This document shows, in pieces, positions 1 through 12,995 of a DNA stretch of 59,817 nucleotides. The stretch lies in the NCBI GenBank assembly GCA_010093815.1, contig ML996586.1; one strand, 5' to 3'. Position 1 is the stretch's first letter. Each line of letters begins with the position of its first letter. A model generated the notes under the pieces. That model was not told where the DNA came from and made no database searches. It saw nothing but the letters and a program-made list of their open reading frames with translations. The translations under genes and the position numbers were made by a program. This DNA comes from Pseudovirgaria hyperparasitica. Its lineage: Eukaryota.

Positions 1-16
1 CTAACGACACTCGCAG

Positions 17-2439
17 CTTGCTCGATGTGGTAGACAAGCTTCGATCACAAGGTATCAGCAAGTATGTAGACTTGCCAGAAATCGTTGTCTGCGGTGAACA
101 GTCGGCTGGCAAAAGTTCAGTCCTCGAAGCGTTGTCAGGCATGACATTCCCCAGCAAGGACAATCTCTGCACTCGATTCGCAACTGAGCTCATACTTCGA
201 AGAGCCCTGGATGAGAGCACTGATATCAGTATTGTTCCAGGTGTAGACCCAGAACGCTGTCAGGCGCAGACAGATATGCTACATGCGTTCAAAGTTTCTG
301 ACTCGGACGGGCCACTCGACTTGGGTGATGTCATTGAGCGGGCTAAAGAGTGCATGGGTATCACTGAGTTCGGGAAGGTTTTCAGCTCAGATATTCTGCG
401 CATCGAGTTATCTGGTCCGCATCAGCCACACCTGACTCTGGTCGATCTTCCAGGCCTCTTTCAGGCAGGTAGCACTACGCAGTCTGATGAAGATTGTGAG
501 ATTGTCAAGACGATGGTACGAAAGTATATGCAAAGCCCGAGGAGCATAATCTTGGCCGTTGTGTCAGCTAAGAACGATTTCAACAACCAGATCATCACCA
601 GGTACGCCCGCGAGATCGATCCCCAGGGAGAGCGTACTCTCGGGCTCATCACGAAGCCTGACACACTACACGCCGGTTCTGACAGCGAGCGCTTTTATGT
701 GGACCTTGCACAGAACAAGGACGTCAATTTCAGACTAGGATGGCATCTGCTCCGAAACCGCGACTATCCCGCACGTAACACATCCCTGGAAGAGCGCAAT
801 AAAGTCGAGGAAGACTTTTTCTCGAAAGGGATTTGGACTTCTCTCCGACCAACACAGCTTGGAGTGGCTGCCTTGAAGCCGCGGCTAAGTAAAGTCTTGA
901 GGGATCAGATCTTGCTACAGTTGCCTCATGTATTGTCCCAAATTGAGGAAGGTATTACAGATTGTACAGGACGACTTGACCGTCTTGGGGCATCGCGGGC
1001 TACGCTTTCCCAGCAGCGACGTCACCTTTTGCAGGCCAGCGAGCAATTTACCGCCCTGGTACAAAATGCTATCGACGGTTCATATTCCAACCCATTCTTC
1101 GGAAAAGCATCCACCACATCAGGCAGACAGAAGCGACTGAGAGCAGTTGTACAGAATACCTTGGCCGAGTTCGAGCACTCTATGCGTGTTGACGGTCATG
1201 CGCTCGAAATCGTGGAAGTCAAAGATGTAAAGCAAAAGAAGCAGATATCTCGCCAGTCTTACATTAAGAACGTCAAGGAGCTCCTGCAACACAGCCGAGG
1301 TCGTGAGTTGGCTGGACTGTTTGACCCTTTGATCGTTGGTGAACTCTTCGGTGACCAATGCCAGCCCTGGAACAACATTGTGGACACATACGTGGACAAG
1401 ATTGTTGATGCCGCTTATTATCTCGTTCAGACGGCTCTGAGTCACGTTTGTGACCAACCGACCGCGGAAGGAATTCTTAATCATATTGTGTACTCAAGCA
1501 TGGAGAATTTTAAGGCTGAGTTGCACGAGAAGGTCACAGAAATCATGAGACCTCATTACGAGGGTCATCCTATCACCTTCAACCACTATCTCACAGATAA
1601 TGTCCAGAAAGCTCAAGCTGAGCGTCGTAGGAAAGAACTTGAGAAGTCTATTTCGGGATTCTTTGGGGACGAGTTTGACAGTGGAGACATGAACAGAGTT
1701 TCGTTCAATATGAGTTCGCTTCTGAACCTGCTGAACAAGCAGACTGAGACTGATATGAACAATTATGCTAGCTCTACCGCCACTGACTTCATGCAAGCGT
1801 ATTATAAAGTGGGTCTCGATTCGGAACATTTATACTCAACAACGTTAACAAACTCCTCAGGTTGCATTGAAGAAGGTTGTTGACGACATCAGTGTCTTGG
1901 CAATTGAGGCATGTCTTGTTCAAAGACTGCCCGAGCTTTTTGCCCCAGCTACGGTTTTTGACATTGACGATACTACAGTCAGAACTATTGCATCTGAAAA
2001 TGAAGAATCTGTCACGGAGCGGGTCCGCTGCTCAGAGAAGCTCAATATACTTGAGGAAGGCATGGTTGAACTCAAGAAGCTTCGGAAGTTTCAGCCAATC
2101 CATTCAGACTGTGAGTGACTGTTCAGCCTGGATTCAGCCTACTTACGGAATGTAGCAAATAGCGATAAGGACATCTTCATTGCTGATGACAAGTATCTCG
2201 AGGCAGAAACTCGGATAGAAGAGGGTGACCAGGTTCATGACCAGGTCATTATGGCGACGTCGAGAAGTTCAAGCTTGCATGTTGAACCTGTCAGTGAAAA
2301 ATATCCTATTGACAAACTTGATGACACCAGCTGGGGTGTTCCAGATAAGAAGAAAGGAAAGAAAGTAAAAAGAGCAGTCTGCTGGGAAGAACATAAACCA
2401 GAGCTGTTCGCGAAAGATGACGACTTCAGTTTCAAGTAG
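17..2439 (+). CDS. Dynamin-family (Mx-like) GTPase, 5'-partial; exons 17-1808, 1861-2110, 2156-2439
   Basis: G1 GEQSAGKSS, G2 CTRFATE, G3 LVDLPG, G4 TKPD, then middle/GED-like region. The window opens at an intron 3' end (ctaac...cag, 1-16). Introns 1809-1860 (GTGGGT..CAG) and 2111-2155 (GTGAGT..TAG) join ORFs 18..1883, 1867..2118 and 2251..2439 in frame. Confidence 0.9.
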
Positions 2440-3058
2440 TCTCCACGAAGTGCTCCAACAATATGCCCCTTATGATTATCAATTTTGATCGACATCATTG
2501 TCTTTCGGAACCTAGAACCAAGTCTTTAGGTAGTGGACCTGATGCTCCTGTGGGCCTAGACCCACAGAAAAATAGCTAGAACAGTGTCATACAATTCTCT
2601 CAAGCTACTGGCTCGTCAGTAGACTTCTCTAGACACAATTAAGATATCACATGGCCCTAATGTCTGTCTTACGTCTCAGCATGGTGATTGCATCAACTTA
2701 CCCTGGTGCCGCTTAATGAATGGTCTGGGGCAAATTTTCGGCACGTTTTCTGTGATCGATGGTCTCTCGCAGCTCAAACTGTTGCATTTACACATACTGG
2801 AAGTTGATTTCAGACAAATGCGAACTATGCAAGTTTAGGTATGATTACTGAGCCATGGCCAAGGGCATGACAAACAATGTTGAGTGTATTAATTCCAGTT
2901 TGGTGCCGATAGTTAGGACATATCTTCATATTTCATAAACTAGTTACACACTCATTTCATAGCCTGAGGCTACAGTACTGGCAGTATTGTACCGATACAC
3001 TTCTTCCATACGTACAAGTAGCACAGAGATCACAAGAACGCAGAATCTCGAAATGCAA

Positions 3059-4213
3059 TCACGGCTCCTGCTCTCCCAAACGACTAGCATCCGAAGTCCT
3101 CGGCACACTCTCCGATCCATTCTTTGCATACACCGGTGCCTCCAACTCCACGATCGTGGATGTATGTCGCGAATGACCGTAAATAGAACCGTCCTCGGCG
3201 TCATGATATCCCATAGCCTCGACGGGTACCATGGGAAGCGGCGTCATATCCATCGGCTGTTTAGCTTGGGGAGGAGATTGCGTCGGATACACCGCAGGAG
3301 CTAAAAGGCCTGCAGTTTCTGCCTTCCGTCGCTTGCGGTACCGGAGTATGCCAGCAATACTACATATTCCGACCATGAGGGCGGCAGTTGGACCAACCAC
3401 GGCGCCTGCTATCCATGCCTTGCTGCGCGGGTGATATTGTGGCTGTAAGAGTATTGGATAACTGGTATCGGGTCTAGCGCCTGGGTTGTTGTGTTCCGTC
3501 GCTACAGTCGGAAATGTCGTCTCAAGCGCGGAAGCGGCTGTTGAGCCTCCGGGAACTGTGAGTGGGACGTCTGCACCTGCAATTTGTTCAGCCATACACT
3601 AAGGTAGTGTAAGAGTAGGTACAGACCTCTAGTGAGGTATACGTCTCCCGGCACGAGCGTCTTAACCACGGTGATGGTAGACTCTTCTGTGTAGCAGTCA
3701 TACGATGTGGTAGAAGCCGTGGACTCGCCCTCATGTTCCAAGAATGACCAAGTCATACACCCCGTGAAGCTCTTCCCCAGTGAAGTAGTTCTTCCGAATA
3801 AAGTGCTGGTGGAACTGCATGTTTTTAGCTTCTCTCCCGAGTGAATTGCCTATGCGACCATACCATGCCACCCGATGGCCGTTCGCGTAAGTGTAGGTGC
3901 CTTTCTGGCAATCGACAACCATTTCTGTTGTTGGTTCCGCCGTGGGCCCCATACATTGACCGTAACTGACATAATATCTGAACTCCAGTCCAGTAGCGCA
4001 CCATAACTCCTTATCTAGTCGCAACAGAATTATTGTGGTCAGTTCTCATTACAACTTTGATCTCGAGTAGGTGCGACACAACTTACAGTAGTTATCTCTG
4101 ACCTCTGAGAAGGCTATATGACCAGTCGTGGAACTGTATTCCTGTCCGGATACCCATTGTACGATAAAAGTCAAGAGAAAAAAGTGCCATGATATTAGAC
4201 CAGATGCATCCAT
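3059..4213 (-). CDS. Single-pass type I membrane protein (signal peptide, Cys-containing ectodomain, Ser/Thr stalk, TM, cytoplasmic tail); exons 4213-4087, 4014-3864, 3814-3627, 3576-3059
   Basis: MDASGLISWHFFLLTFIVQWVSG looks like a signal peptide. Three canonical introns stitch four ORF-track fragments in frame. TM AWIAGAVVGPTAALMVGICSIAGIL is followed by RYRKRRK, and the tail has a VELEAP motif. Confidence 0.75.
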
Positions 4214-7200
4214 GGCTGGTGAATCCGTGAATAGAGTCGAGTCCGTATTACAGACCCTTAAGAACAGAAGACGATTGGAAATGAATTGAATTCTGCAGAA
4301 CGATCGCGTGAAATTAGATCTAATGTTTACTGTGCCGTCCATCTTAATCTACATAGTCTTTCGGCATCCTGGGCACGAGCTACTAAAAGTAGTGAGGCGT
4401 AGGCGTGTATCCGCAGTCTCGCGTTGATCTACACCAATCAAAGTAAACAATCTTTAGCTAAACGCGTCAATGTGGATACCGTGCCGCAGGAGAGCCCTTC
4501 AAATCAGAAGAAGCTTAATACTTTTCATATGACCGTCCATTCCAGTCAACAGCGAGTGTGATGTGCAGTGGGGCTGAGCTCGTAATTTGTCCGACACACG
4601 ATGTAGACATGAAAGCCGAGTCTCAAAGGATAGTCGAAGAATGGGCGCGAGCACCCTTGCTCTATCTTCGCCTGCGACTAAGGATACCTTGTGTTCGCGA
4701 CCGGGATGCGGTGCCGACAGATTTAACACCAAGGTTCTGGGTGATTCGTCGTTGATTCTGGCTGCAACTCGGTTCAGACTTTTCCAGTGATACGTATAAT
4801 GAACTTGTCAGTGGTAGCAGGACCTTTACCAGACTTACAATCTCAGGCGCCAGTACTCACTGACTTGCAGAAGACATCCCCGCCTTGCCGCAAGTAGTAC
4901 TCGTCGACAATGATATAGCTTGATATCTGAGTTCCTGACTTACTCAGTGACCAGCATTGACCCATAGTGCGCTAGCATTAACGTTGACCCCTGGGGTGGA
5001 TACATTGTTTACCACTTTTATTCGTCCGGTACCTCCTCTTCATTCGGGTTCTTACACACCTCCCATTATCGCGGTATCCGCGAGTGAGTTTACGCCTATT
5101 GATGGAACGTCGTCCCGTATACATTGCCGTGTCGATAAAGTATAGTTCAATGGAGTTGCTATCGGAGCTCACAATCGTTGTCAAGACCTGGGGTTAAGAA
5201 TGTGACTGTTCCCACGAGACTTGTGTTGTGTATGTTCATGGCGGACGAGCCGTATACGCGTAAAACAATTTGAAGCCAGGGAAAGATGACAGTGTCATGA
5301 TCGGTCTCGCACTCGGTAGAACTGAATATTAGATGTTCGGCTGTAGATGAGACCAATGAAGTTGCTATCGGAGTTCACAACAGTTGTCAAATGACCGCTG
5401 TGGTCTCGGATGTAGATCCTGCTTTAACTCTGAGGAGTCCCCGTATGCCTGAGATATCAGCACTACCTGGCATTCCATCGAACACCCAACATCTTTCGAA
5501 CTGACTGTGGCCTGCTGAACAGGAACTCCACTCTCGACAATGCTCGTACGAAAAAGAAAATCCGCAAAATCAGAGACTCTCGTGCCATTGCCCGCCATCT
5601 CGCTTACCACAACGCGCTTGGCGAATGTCTCGTGGAGATTGCATGAAGTCAGTCAGGTACAAGGTACAATGTCTCATACAAAAGTTCCATGAATGAGAAT
5701 GAGCGATGGGCTTTACACGATAACAAAATTGTAGATGTCAGAATATGCGAGCTTGCTCTGTTGGCTAATCCCAGGCTCAGACCGCGCAGACTCGGTGATT
5801 GCTTGGAGTATGCCTTGAGATCGTCGAAAGTCGGAACGTTCCCTTGAAGACATACAGACCTGAGAGGTCTACAACGTACGCAGACAGTCTGTAGTTTTGA
5901 GACTGGCCTAAAAATAGCCCACTCCCAACAACCGACATCCCGCGTTGAAATTTCCGCTTGCGAACAACAAATATGATCTTGAATGCTAGAGTATCTTGAA
6001 AGGATGGTGCAGTACCTCGAGAGACTCTACATCAAGCCAGACTCTCCTATTGTGCACTCACGATGGCTCCGCGCACGATCATTATGGTGTCCGAACTAAA
6101 CAGCCCCTTTCATGATACGGCTCGCCCCTATAGGTCAGCACCATTGTCGGCACGTCACCGCACCCTGAATGTCTCATCCAGCAACCAGCATTCCGGGAGA
6201 GTGGCTGACAGCCAATATCCAAAACTGCATGGCATTCGAGCGATACCCTTGTTCTGCCTTGGGTGACTACCTGCATTTAGCGAGGGAAAGATGTCACCAA
6301 ATCAATCCCAGCACCTGAAATAGCAGCAATATCGTGGATTGCTACATTGCCAGTCAGAATGAGCTGCATCTCGACGTTGAGTCACCCCGGATATCCGGTG
6401 CTCACCGCAACAGACGTGGCGTATATTGCAGCTTGAGGCACTATTGATGCTCAGCCTCGTTGTCCGTCTAGTCTGTTTACATCCGCGAAACCCGTGGTCG
6501 GTGCTCGGGCTTTGCGTTGCGGACCGGCTGTTCGCAACAGACCCAGACAGTGCTCCCCCGAAAAGACCGAATATACTGTGTAGGCAATAGTGCTTACCTA
6601 CAGCAAGTGTTGGTACTGGACAAATCCTGCGATGCACAAGCAGCGTTGTGAGCAGTTTTCGTGGCTCGTGTACACACTCCACCAATTGCAGTATCCCCAT
6701 GCTGCTGATGCACCCACGGGCCTGAACGAGGTTTGTGTGGGTTTCTTTTGCAGCCTCCTCCGCAGCAGAAGATCATCCGAGCATTATGAAACGACGAAGA
6801 CGGTCAACAAGGTCCGCAGGCCCCCGGTCCTGGGCACGATCATCTATCGAAGTTTCTACGTGCATATTCGTGAGACAAGAATGTCAGCCTGAGCGTGTGT
6901 TGTGCCACAGCATCCCTCTGCCACGCCCCAGGGGGTTGTTCTACTTCCAACGACACGGTCGAAACGCCCGCGCCAACACGAGCCCGAAACGAGACTCTGC
7001 TGCAAAAGGGGAGAAGGAAAAACTTTCGTCGCCAAAACTTTCATCGCCAAAGACGACCCAAAACATTAAATCGCTCGTTTTATCCCCACCCGTGTGCGCT
7101 GCCACGGACAGGATGGCGGCTTGTTCCACCAACACCATCAACGATGTCACAGGCTGTGTGAACTTGTGTAGTCAGATAGCTATCGACACGCCCGCCCCGG

Positions 7201-7996
7201 TAGTCAGTCCTGCCAAGGACAGAGATTCCGATTCTGCGTCGTCCATGCATTTATTGTTCTTACTCGCAAGCATTGATTCCCAACAGCCCATCCAACAGCT
7301 TATTCGTAATGCGCGGTGTCTGAGAGGATGGACTTCCCGTTTGTAGGCAGCCGCAGGAATTATAAGCTTTGCGCCACCAGGTCTGACTGTCAGCTAGCGC
7401 GCGGCACCGATCCGGCTCGCCTATCGCCAATACTCACTTGCGGTAGCAATACTGTACTGACAACATGACTCTGCCCAGCAAGCCTCTCGTAGACGTGTCG
7501 CGGTTGCTGGCCTGATCCCGACAAGGCGTCTATTATGGTGGGTCCTACTGGCCTTCTTGCTGGGCTTGCTGGCTGTTGGTCAGCGAATGCACGTGCGGTG
7601 GGTGATGTTGCATGTTGCATTGCACCCGAACACCGAACAAACCGACGCTGGACGGTCGCTGAAGCACGCCAAAGCCATATTGGTTTAGGGAGGCGGCATT
7701 GAAACCTGCTCGCAAAGGATTGGGCAAATACGGTATCGATTGCCTGCACGAAGATGGCGCCACGAGGAATCCTGGCCAGGAATGTGAGTTGTGTATAAGA
7801 CGGGGCGACGATCTCGGTTTGTGAAAGAAACAAAGCAGCAGCAGCATCAGAAACGACACTAATTCCAAAGACTTCTACGTTCGTTCTCTGCATCGTTCTT
7901 CAGTCTATCGTAATCAGTCTTCTACTATTCAACTGCTATAATAGTCAGTCGTTTCTATCCTATCCGACACACTTGATCTGCAGAAATAGCTGGATC

Positions 7997-9148
7997 ATGT
8001 ACGCCCACGCCCTAATCACATTCCTGGCACTGTCTACGCCATGCCTCGCCCATCCGGGCATGGCAAAAGCATTCAACGAAATCAAAGCTCGGGCGTCGCT
8101 GGAACCTCGACAGAACAGCCTTCTTCTGGGCGATCTGAAAAAGGCCATCACCACGCCCATCGGCCAAGAGATTGCGGACATCCTGACGGGCAAGGCAGAG
8201 GCCCAGGTCAACGCCATTCCGGTTGTGCGCCGTCAGACGTGCGATGCGGCCACCAACGTCTGCTGTGTCTGTATGTATTTTCCGTGCCCACACTGTTTGC
8301 AAGACAAGACTGACATCATGCCAGGGAACGATGTATCCGCGACCCTGACGGAGAAGTTCCTCGGCCCAACCGGCCGCTGCAACGACAACGCACGCGCCGC
8401 CGTCCGGCTCGGATTCCACGACGCCGGATCATGGTCGCAGAAGCTCGCCGACGCAGGGCAGAACTTTGGCGGCGCGGACGGATCGCTGCTCATGGACTTT
8501 GGCGAGCAGGACCGCGACGCCAACAACGGCCTGCAGGAGATCCGGCTGCTGCTGCGCGACGTGCAGGCCAAGCACGGCGTGGGCTTCGCGGACCTGGCGC
8601 AGTTTGCGCACAACCACGCGACGGTGACGTGCCCGCTGGGCCCGCGGATCAAGACGTACGTCGGGCGGCCGGACGCGACCAAGGCGGCGCCGGACGGGCT
8701 GCTGCCGAGCACGTTTGACACGGCGGATAACCTGCTTGCGCTGTTTGCGGACAAGACGTTTACGGCGGCGGAGCTGGCGGCGCTGCTGGGCGCGCACACG
8801 ACGGCGAGGCAGTTCCACAGCATTGCCGGGCAGGAGGGCGACGCGCAGGACTCGACGCCGGGCGTGTGGGACGTGGCCTTTTACAACGAGACGCTGCAGA
8901 CGAGCAACGACACGCGGCTGACGATCCTGCCGTCGGACCTGGCGCTCGCGAAGAGTTCGCAGATGAGCGCGGCGTTTAGCGGGTTCATTGGACGGCAGGG
9001 GTTCTGGAATGCGCGGTACTCGACGGCGTATGTGAGGATGAGCATGCTGGGCGTGCCGAACATCAACGACCTGAAGGAGTGTACCGATTCGCTGCCGGCG
9101 GCGCGGCCTACCTTTGACTTTAAAGAGGGGGAGTTTATCAACGAGTGA
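7997..9148 (+). CDS. Secreted class II-like (generic) heme peroxidase; intron 8271-8324
   Basis: Signal peptide MYAHALITFLALSTPCLA; distal AAVRLGFHDAG (Arg/His), GADGS, proximal LLGAHT and DSTPGVWD motifs. Splicing GTATGT..CTGAC..CAG restores CCVWND. Confidence 0.9.
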   Translation: MYAHALITFLALSTPCLAHPGMAKAFNEIKARASLEPRQNSLLLGDLKKAITTPIGQEIADILTGKAEAQVNAIPVVRRQTCDAATNVCCVCMYFPCPHCLQDKTDIMPGNDVSATLTEKFLGPTGRCNDNARAAVRLGFHDAGSWSQKLADAGQNFGGADGSLLMDFGEQDRDANNGLQEIRLLLRDVQAKHGVGFADLAQFAHNHATVTCPLGPRIKTYVGRPDATKAAPDGLLPSTFDTADNLLALFADKTFTAAELAALLGAHTTARQFHSIAGQEGDAQDSTPGVWDVAFYNETLQTSNDTRLTILPSDLALAKSSQMSAAFSGFIGRQGFWNARYSTAYVRMSMLGVPNINDLKECTDSLPAARPTFDFKEGEFINE

Positions 9149-9689
9149 CGGCGTGGGCTTAATGACGGTGCTGCAGAGACATTGGAGCGGCGTTGAGGGT
9201 CTAAGACAGGTTCTGTCAAGGGTGTTTAGAGTCAGTTTTGAGTAATGAATAGACGACGATTTACGTGAAGCATGCTGCATGACCTACATGAATATGATAT
9301 CAACCAAGCTGTATGCCGGATGACCTACATGAATAGTAAGCTGTATGCCGGATGAGCAGTACCACCAGTCCGCGAAAACCTACCTGACCATGAGTCCCAA
9401 CATACCAGACCTACGCCCAATCAGACTGTAAACGTGTAATTTACGACGTAACATGATAAACACTTCCCTCCGCGTACGCCTTGCAAGTGACACGGACGAG
9501 GCATTCAATCTATCTATCCCATATCCCGACAATCACCCGCGCCAAACCAACGCCAAGCCCCAAGCTCCCCCGAAGCTCTCAAACTTCACCTCCGACATCG
9601 AACATCGAACATCGAACGACACCACACAACGACTCAAACCCCCAACCACAACCACAACCACAACCACAACAACCCACAAACCTCAATCA

Positions 9690-10285
9690 ATGGCCACAAC
9701 CTCCACCTCCTCCACCACCTCACCCTCCCAACCCACACCACAACCCCCCCCAAAACCAACCCGCCCCCTCCCCCTCTCCGCCGCCCAAGAACAACAAGTC
9801 CGCGACACATACTACCGCAACGTCCGCGCCAAATGCGCCGACGAAATCCGCGGTTCGTCTCCCCTCCCCACCCCCATCCCCAATAACCCAAACTAACCCA
9901 ACCCAAAACAGCATTCGCAACCTGCGCCCACACCCTAACAATAACCGCCACCTGGCGCTGCCGCACACCGCGGACCCTCATGAACACCTGCATGCTCGCG
10001 CACGCGACGCCCGAAAACATGGATGCCGCGCGGACAGAGTGGTTCGGAGCGCTCGAGGAGAGGAAGGCGGCGCGGGAGGAGCGGCGGCGGAAGTTGGTGG
10101 AGAGTGAGCGGTTTCATCGGGAGTATTGGGGGGTTGGTGATGATACTGAGGGGACTGAGGGGGGGAAAATGGGGGGGAAGAAAGGGGAAGGGGAAGGGGG
10201 GAGGGGGAGGAGGGATCCGGGGGATAGGGAGCATGCTAGGGTTTTGAGGGAGAGGGAGAGGGAGCTTTTGAGGTTGGGGGTTGAG
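9690..10285 (+). CDS. CMC1: Twin CX9C cytochrome c oxidase assembly factor, CMC1-like (3' end runs into gap); intron 9853-9911
   Basis: Spliced reading VRAKCADEIRAFATC...TWRCRTPRTLMNTCM...DAARTEWF gives two CX9C motifs; intron GTTCGT..CTAAC..CAG. Confidence 0.75.
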
Positions 10286-10985
10286 NNNNNNNNNNNNNNN
10301 NNNNNNNNNNNNNNNNNNNNNNNNNNNNNNNNNNNNNNNNNNNNNNNNNNNNNNNNNNNNNNNNNNNNNNNNNNNNNNNNNNNNNNNNNNNNNNNNNNNN
10401 NNNNNNNNNNNNNNNNNNNNNNNNNNNNNNNNNNNNNNNNNNNNNNNNNNNNNNNNNNNNNNNNNNNNNNNNNNNNNNNNNNNNNNNNNNNNNNNNNNNN
10501 NNNNNNNNNNNNNNNNNNNNNNNNNNNNNNNNNNNNNNNNNNNNNNNNNNNNNNNNNNNNNNNNNNNNNNNNNNNNNNNNNNNNNNNNNNNNNNNNNNNN
10601 NNNNNNNNNNNNNNNNNNNNNNNNNNNNNNNNNNNNNNNNNNNNNNNNNNNNNNNNNNNNNNNNNNNNNNNNNNNNNNNNNNNNNNNNNNNNNNNNNNNN
10701 NNNNNNNNNNNNNNNNNNNNNNNNNNNNNNNNNNNNNNNNNNNNNNNNNNNNNNNNNNNNNNNNNNNNNNNNNNNNNNNNNNNNNNNNNNNNNNNNNNNN
10801 NNNNNNNNNNNNNNNNNNNNNNNNNNNNNNNNNNNNNNNNNNNNNNNNNNNNNNNNNNNNNNNNNNNNNNNNNNNNNNNNNNNNNNNNNNNNNNNNNNNN
10901 NNNNNNNNNNNNNNNNNNNNNNNNNNNNNNNNNNNNNNNNNNNNNNNNNNNNNNNNNNNNNNNNNNNNNNNNNNNNNNNNNNNNN
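10286..10985. other. Assembly gap (700 N)
   Basis: Run of N between a G-rich and a C-rich tract. Confidence 1.
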
Positions 10986-11705
10986 CCCCTCCCCATCCCC
11001 ATCAACCTCCTCCTCACTCTCCCACCCCACCCTCAACCCCCACCCCGTCCCAGTCAAACAAAACTTCTCCGCCGGCAACCTAACCCCAAACTCCCTCTCC
11101 ACCCTCGGCAAAACAGTCCTATTCCTCTCCATGCCCAACTCCAGCAAAAACTCCTTCGGCAACCCAGCGCAAAACTGATGCGCCACCCGACTCCCAATCG
11201 CCTGCCTGATGGCAGCGGCCTTGACGACCGGCTCGGCAGGTTGCTGGGCGGCCTTTTTGCTGCCTGGCTCGTGGGCGGCGGTCAGGTGGTTGTCGGGTGA
11301 GAGGGCGAGCGCGTCGGCGAGGATGCCGACTTGGTAGCGGTAGGCAAAGTCTTGGAGCATGAGGGGGACGCGCTCTTCGTAGGCGTGTACGCCCATGCTT
11401 GCTAGGACGAGGTGGAGGATGCGTTGGTCGCGTGGGCGTTTGGTTGTGCCGGGGTCGGTGGTGGATGTTGGGGCGTGGGTGGGGATGGGGGGTTGGGATT
11501 GCGGTTGGGGTGGTGGTGCTTGTTGTGGTTGTGGTGGTGCTGGGTGGGTGGAGGGTGTGTTTTGCGCGGTGAGGGTCGAGGGCGAGCTTGCTGCTGCTGG
11601 GCCTGCTGCTGGGCCTGCGGTGCGCGCGGCGGTCGTGGGTCCGGTGGTGGGTGGAGGTGTGGATATGCCGTTTGGAGCGACGGCGGCGTCGCTTGGGGAT
11701 GCCAT
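10986..11705 (-). CDS. TAF9: TFIID/SAGA subunit TAF9 (3' end in gap)
   Basis: Histone-fold signature RPRDQRILHLVLASMGVHAYEERVPLMLQDFAYRY and conserved PKEFLLELGMERNRTVLP...GVRLPAEKFCLT. Confidence 0.9.
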
Positions 11706-12011
11706 TGTTTGTGTGTAGATGGCGTCTTCAGTGCGGGCGTAGAAGTTTTTGGAGGTGAGGTTTGAGGTGAGGTTGACCTACGCGAACGGGGTTGTGTGAG
11801 GCTTGGCACGCGCGCGGGAGTTCCGTAGGGCTGAACCTGTGGAGCTAATTACACTACCTAGCCCTGACGCCGTGCCGCGACTCAAGGGCATGCCGAGGCA
11901 CAATGGACGAAATCACTGCATGGATGAATTGCTCCTCACTTGCTCATTCACTTGCTCACCCACCCACTCCAACCCACACCCCTCTACCCACCCATCCACC
12001 ACACCCCCAAA

Positions 12012-12945
12012 ATGCACCTCCAAAACCGCACCTTCATAATATCAGGCGGCTCCTCCGGCCTCGCCCTCGCAACAGCCCGCCTCCTGCACTCACACGGCGC
12101 CTACATCTCCCTGCTCGACATGAACGCCGAAGCCGGCGACGCAATCATATCCGAGCTCGGCTCCGTCCGCGCACGATTCCACGAGGTCGACGTCACGGAC
12201 ACGGACTCGATTGCTGCGGCTGTACAGGGGACGGTGGAGTGGGTTCAGACGACGGGCGCGGCGTTGGGCGGGGTGGTTGCTGGGGCCGGGGTTGGGAATC
12301 CGGGATTGGTGAGTTTTTTTTTTTGCGCATTGTGTGCTTGCTGGGGAGTTGGGGAGTTGAGAAGGGGGACGATGGGGAAAGGGGGAACAAGGGGCATGGA
12401 TGTGGAGAGAGTAGAAAGTAGATGAAGCTAATTTGTATTCTGTCTTCAAGATTATCGACAAGAACAACGAACCCCTGCCCCTCGCAGCCTTCGACTTCGT
12501 CATCAACGTGAACCTGCGCGGCACCATCGACCTGATCCGCCAGACGCTGCCGTACCTGACGCAAAACGAGCCGCTGGGCGCAGACGGCGAGCGCGGCGTG
12601 CTGCTGATGTTTGCCTCGTCGGCTGCATTCGACGGGCAGATGGGCCAGGTGGCGTATGCGGCGTCCAAGGGCGGGCTGGCGAGTCTGACGCTGCCGCTTG
12701 CGCGGGATCTGTCGCGGTTCGGGATCCGGGCGGTGACGATTGCGCCGAGTCTGTTTGAGAGCGGGATGACGGCGATGATGGGCGCAAAGGTGCGGCAGAG
12801 CCTGGAGAGGGTGATGGAGTGGCCGAAGAGGGCGGGCAAGCCGGACGAGTTTGCGCGGGTGGCGAGGGAGTGTATTGAGAATCCGATGCTGAATGGGACG
12901 GTCATTCGGCTGGATGGCGCGATGAGGATGCCGAGTAAATTGTAG
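12012..12945 (+). CDS. Short-chain dehydrogenase, 3-hydroxyacyl-CoA dehydrogenase type-2 (HSD10)-like; intron 12309-12450
   Basis: SGGSSGLA Rossmann motif, NVNLRGT, ASSAAFDGQMGQVAYAASKGG (YxxxK), NPMLNGTVIRLDGAMRM. Intron GTGAGT..CTAAT..AAG joins the ORFs in frame. Confidence 0.92.
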
Positions 12946-12995
12946 GATTGTATTCTTGTCGCATTGTAAATGATGTGGATGTGCGCTTGCTTCCT

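Noticed and set aside
6063..7893. ORFs of 100-203 aa on both strands
   Set aside because: No recognisable domains, codon bias or consistent splice model.
8271..8324. Cys-rich insertion MYFPCPHCLQDK in the peroxidase ORF
   Set aside because: It is a 54-nt in-frame intron with canonical donor, branch and acceptor.
8233..9280. Long antisense ORFs over the peroxidase (similar ones over the SDR, UTP11 and SNF2-RING genes)
   Set aside because: Expected shadows of high-GC3 coding sequence.
9935..11300. ORFs spanning the N gap
   Set aside because: Artefacts of translating Ns.
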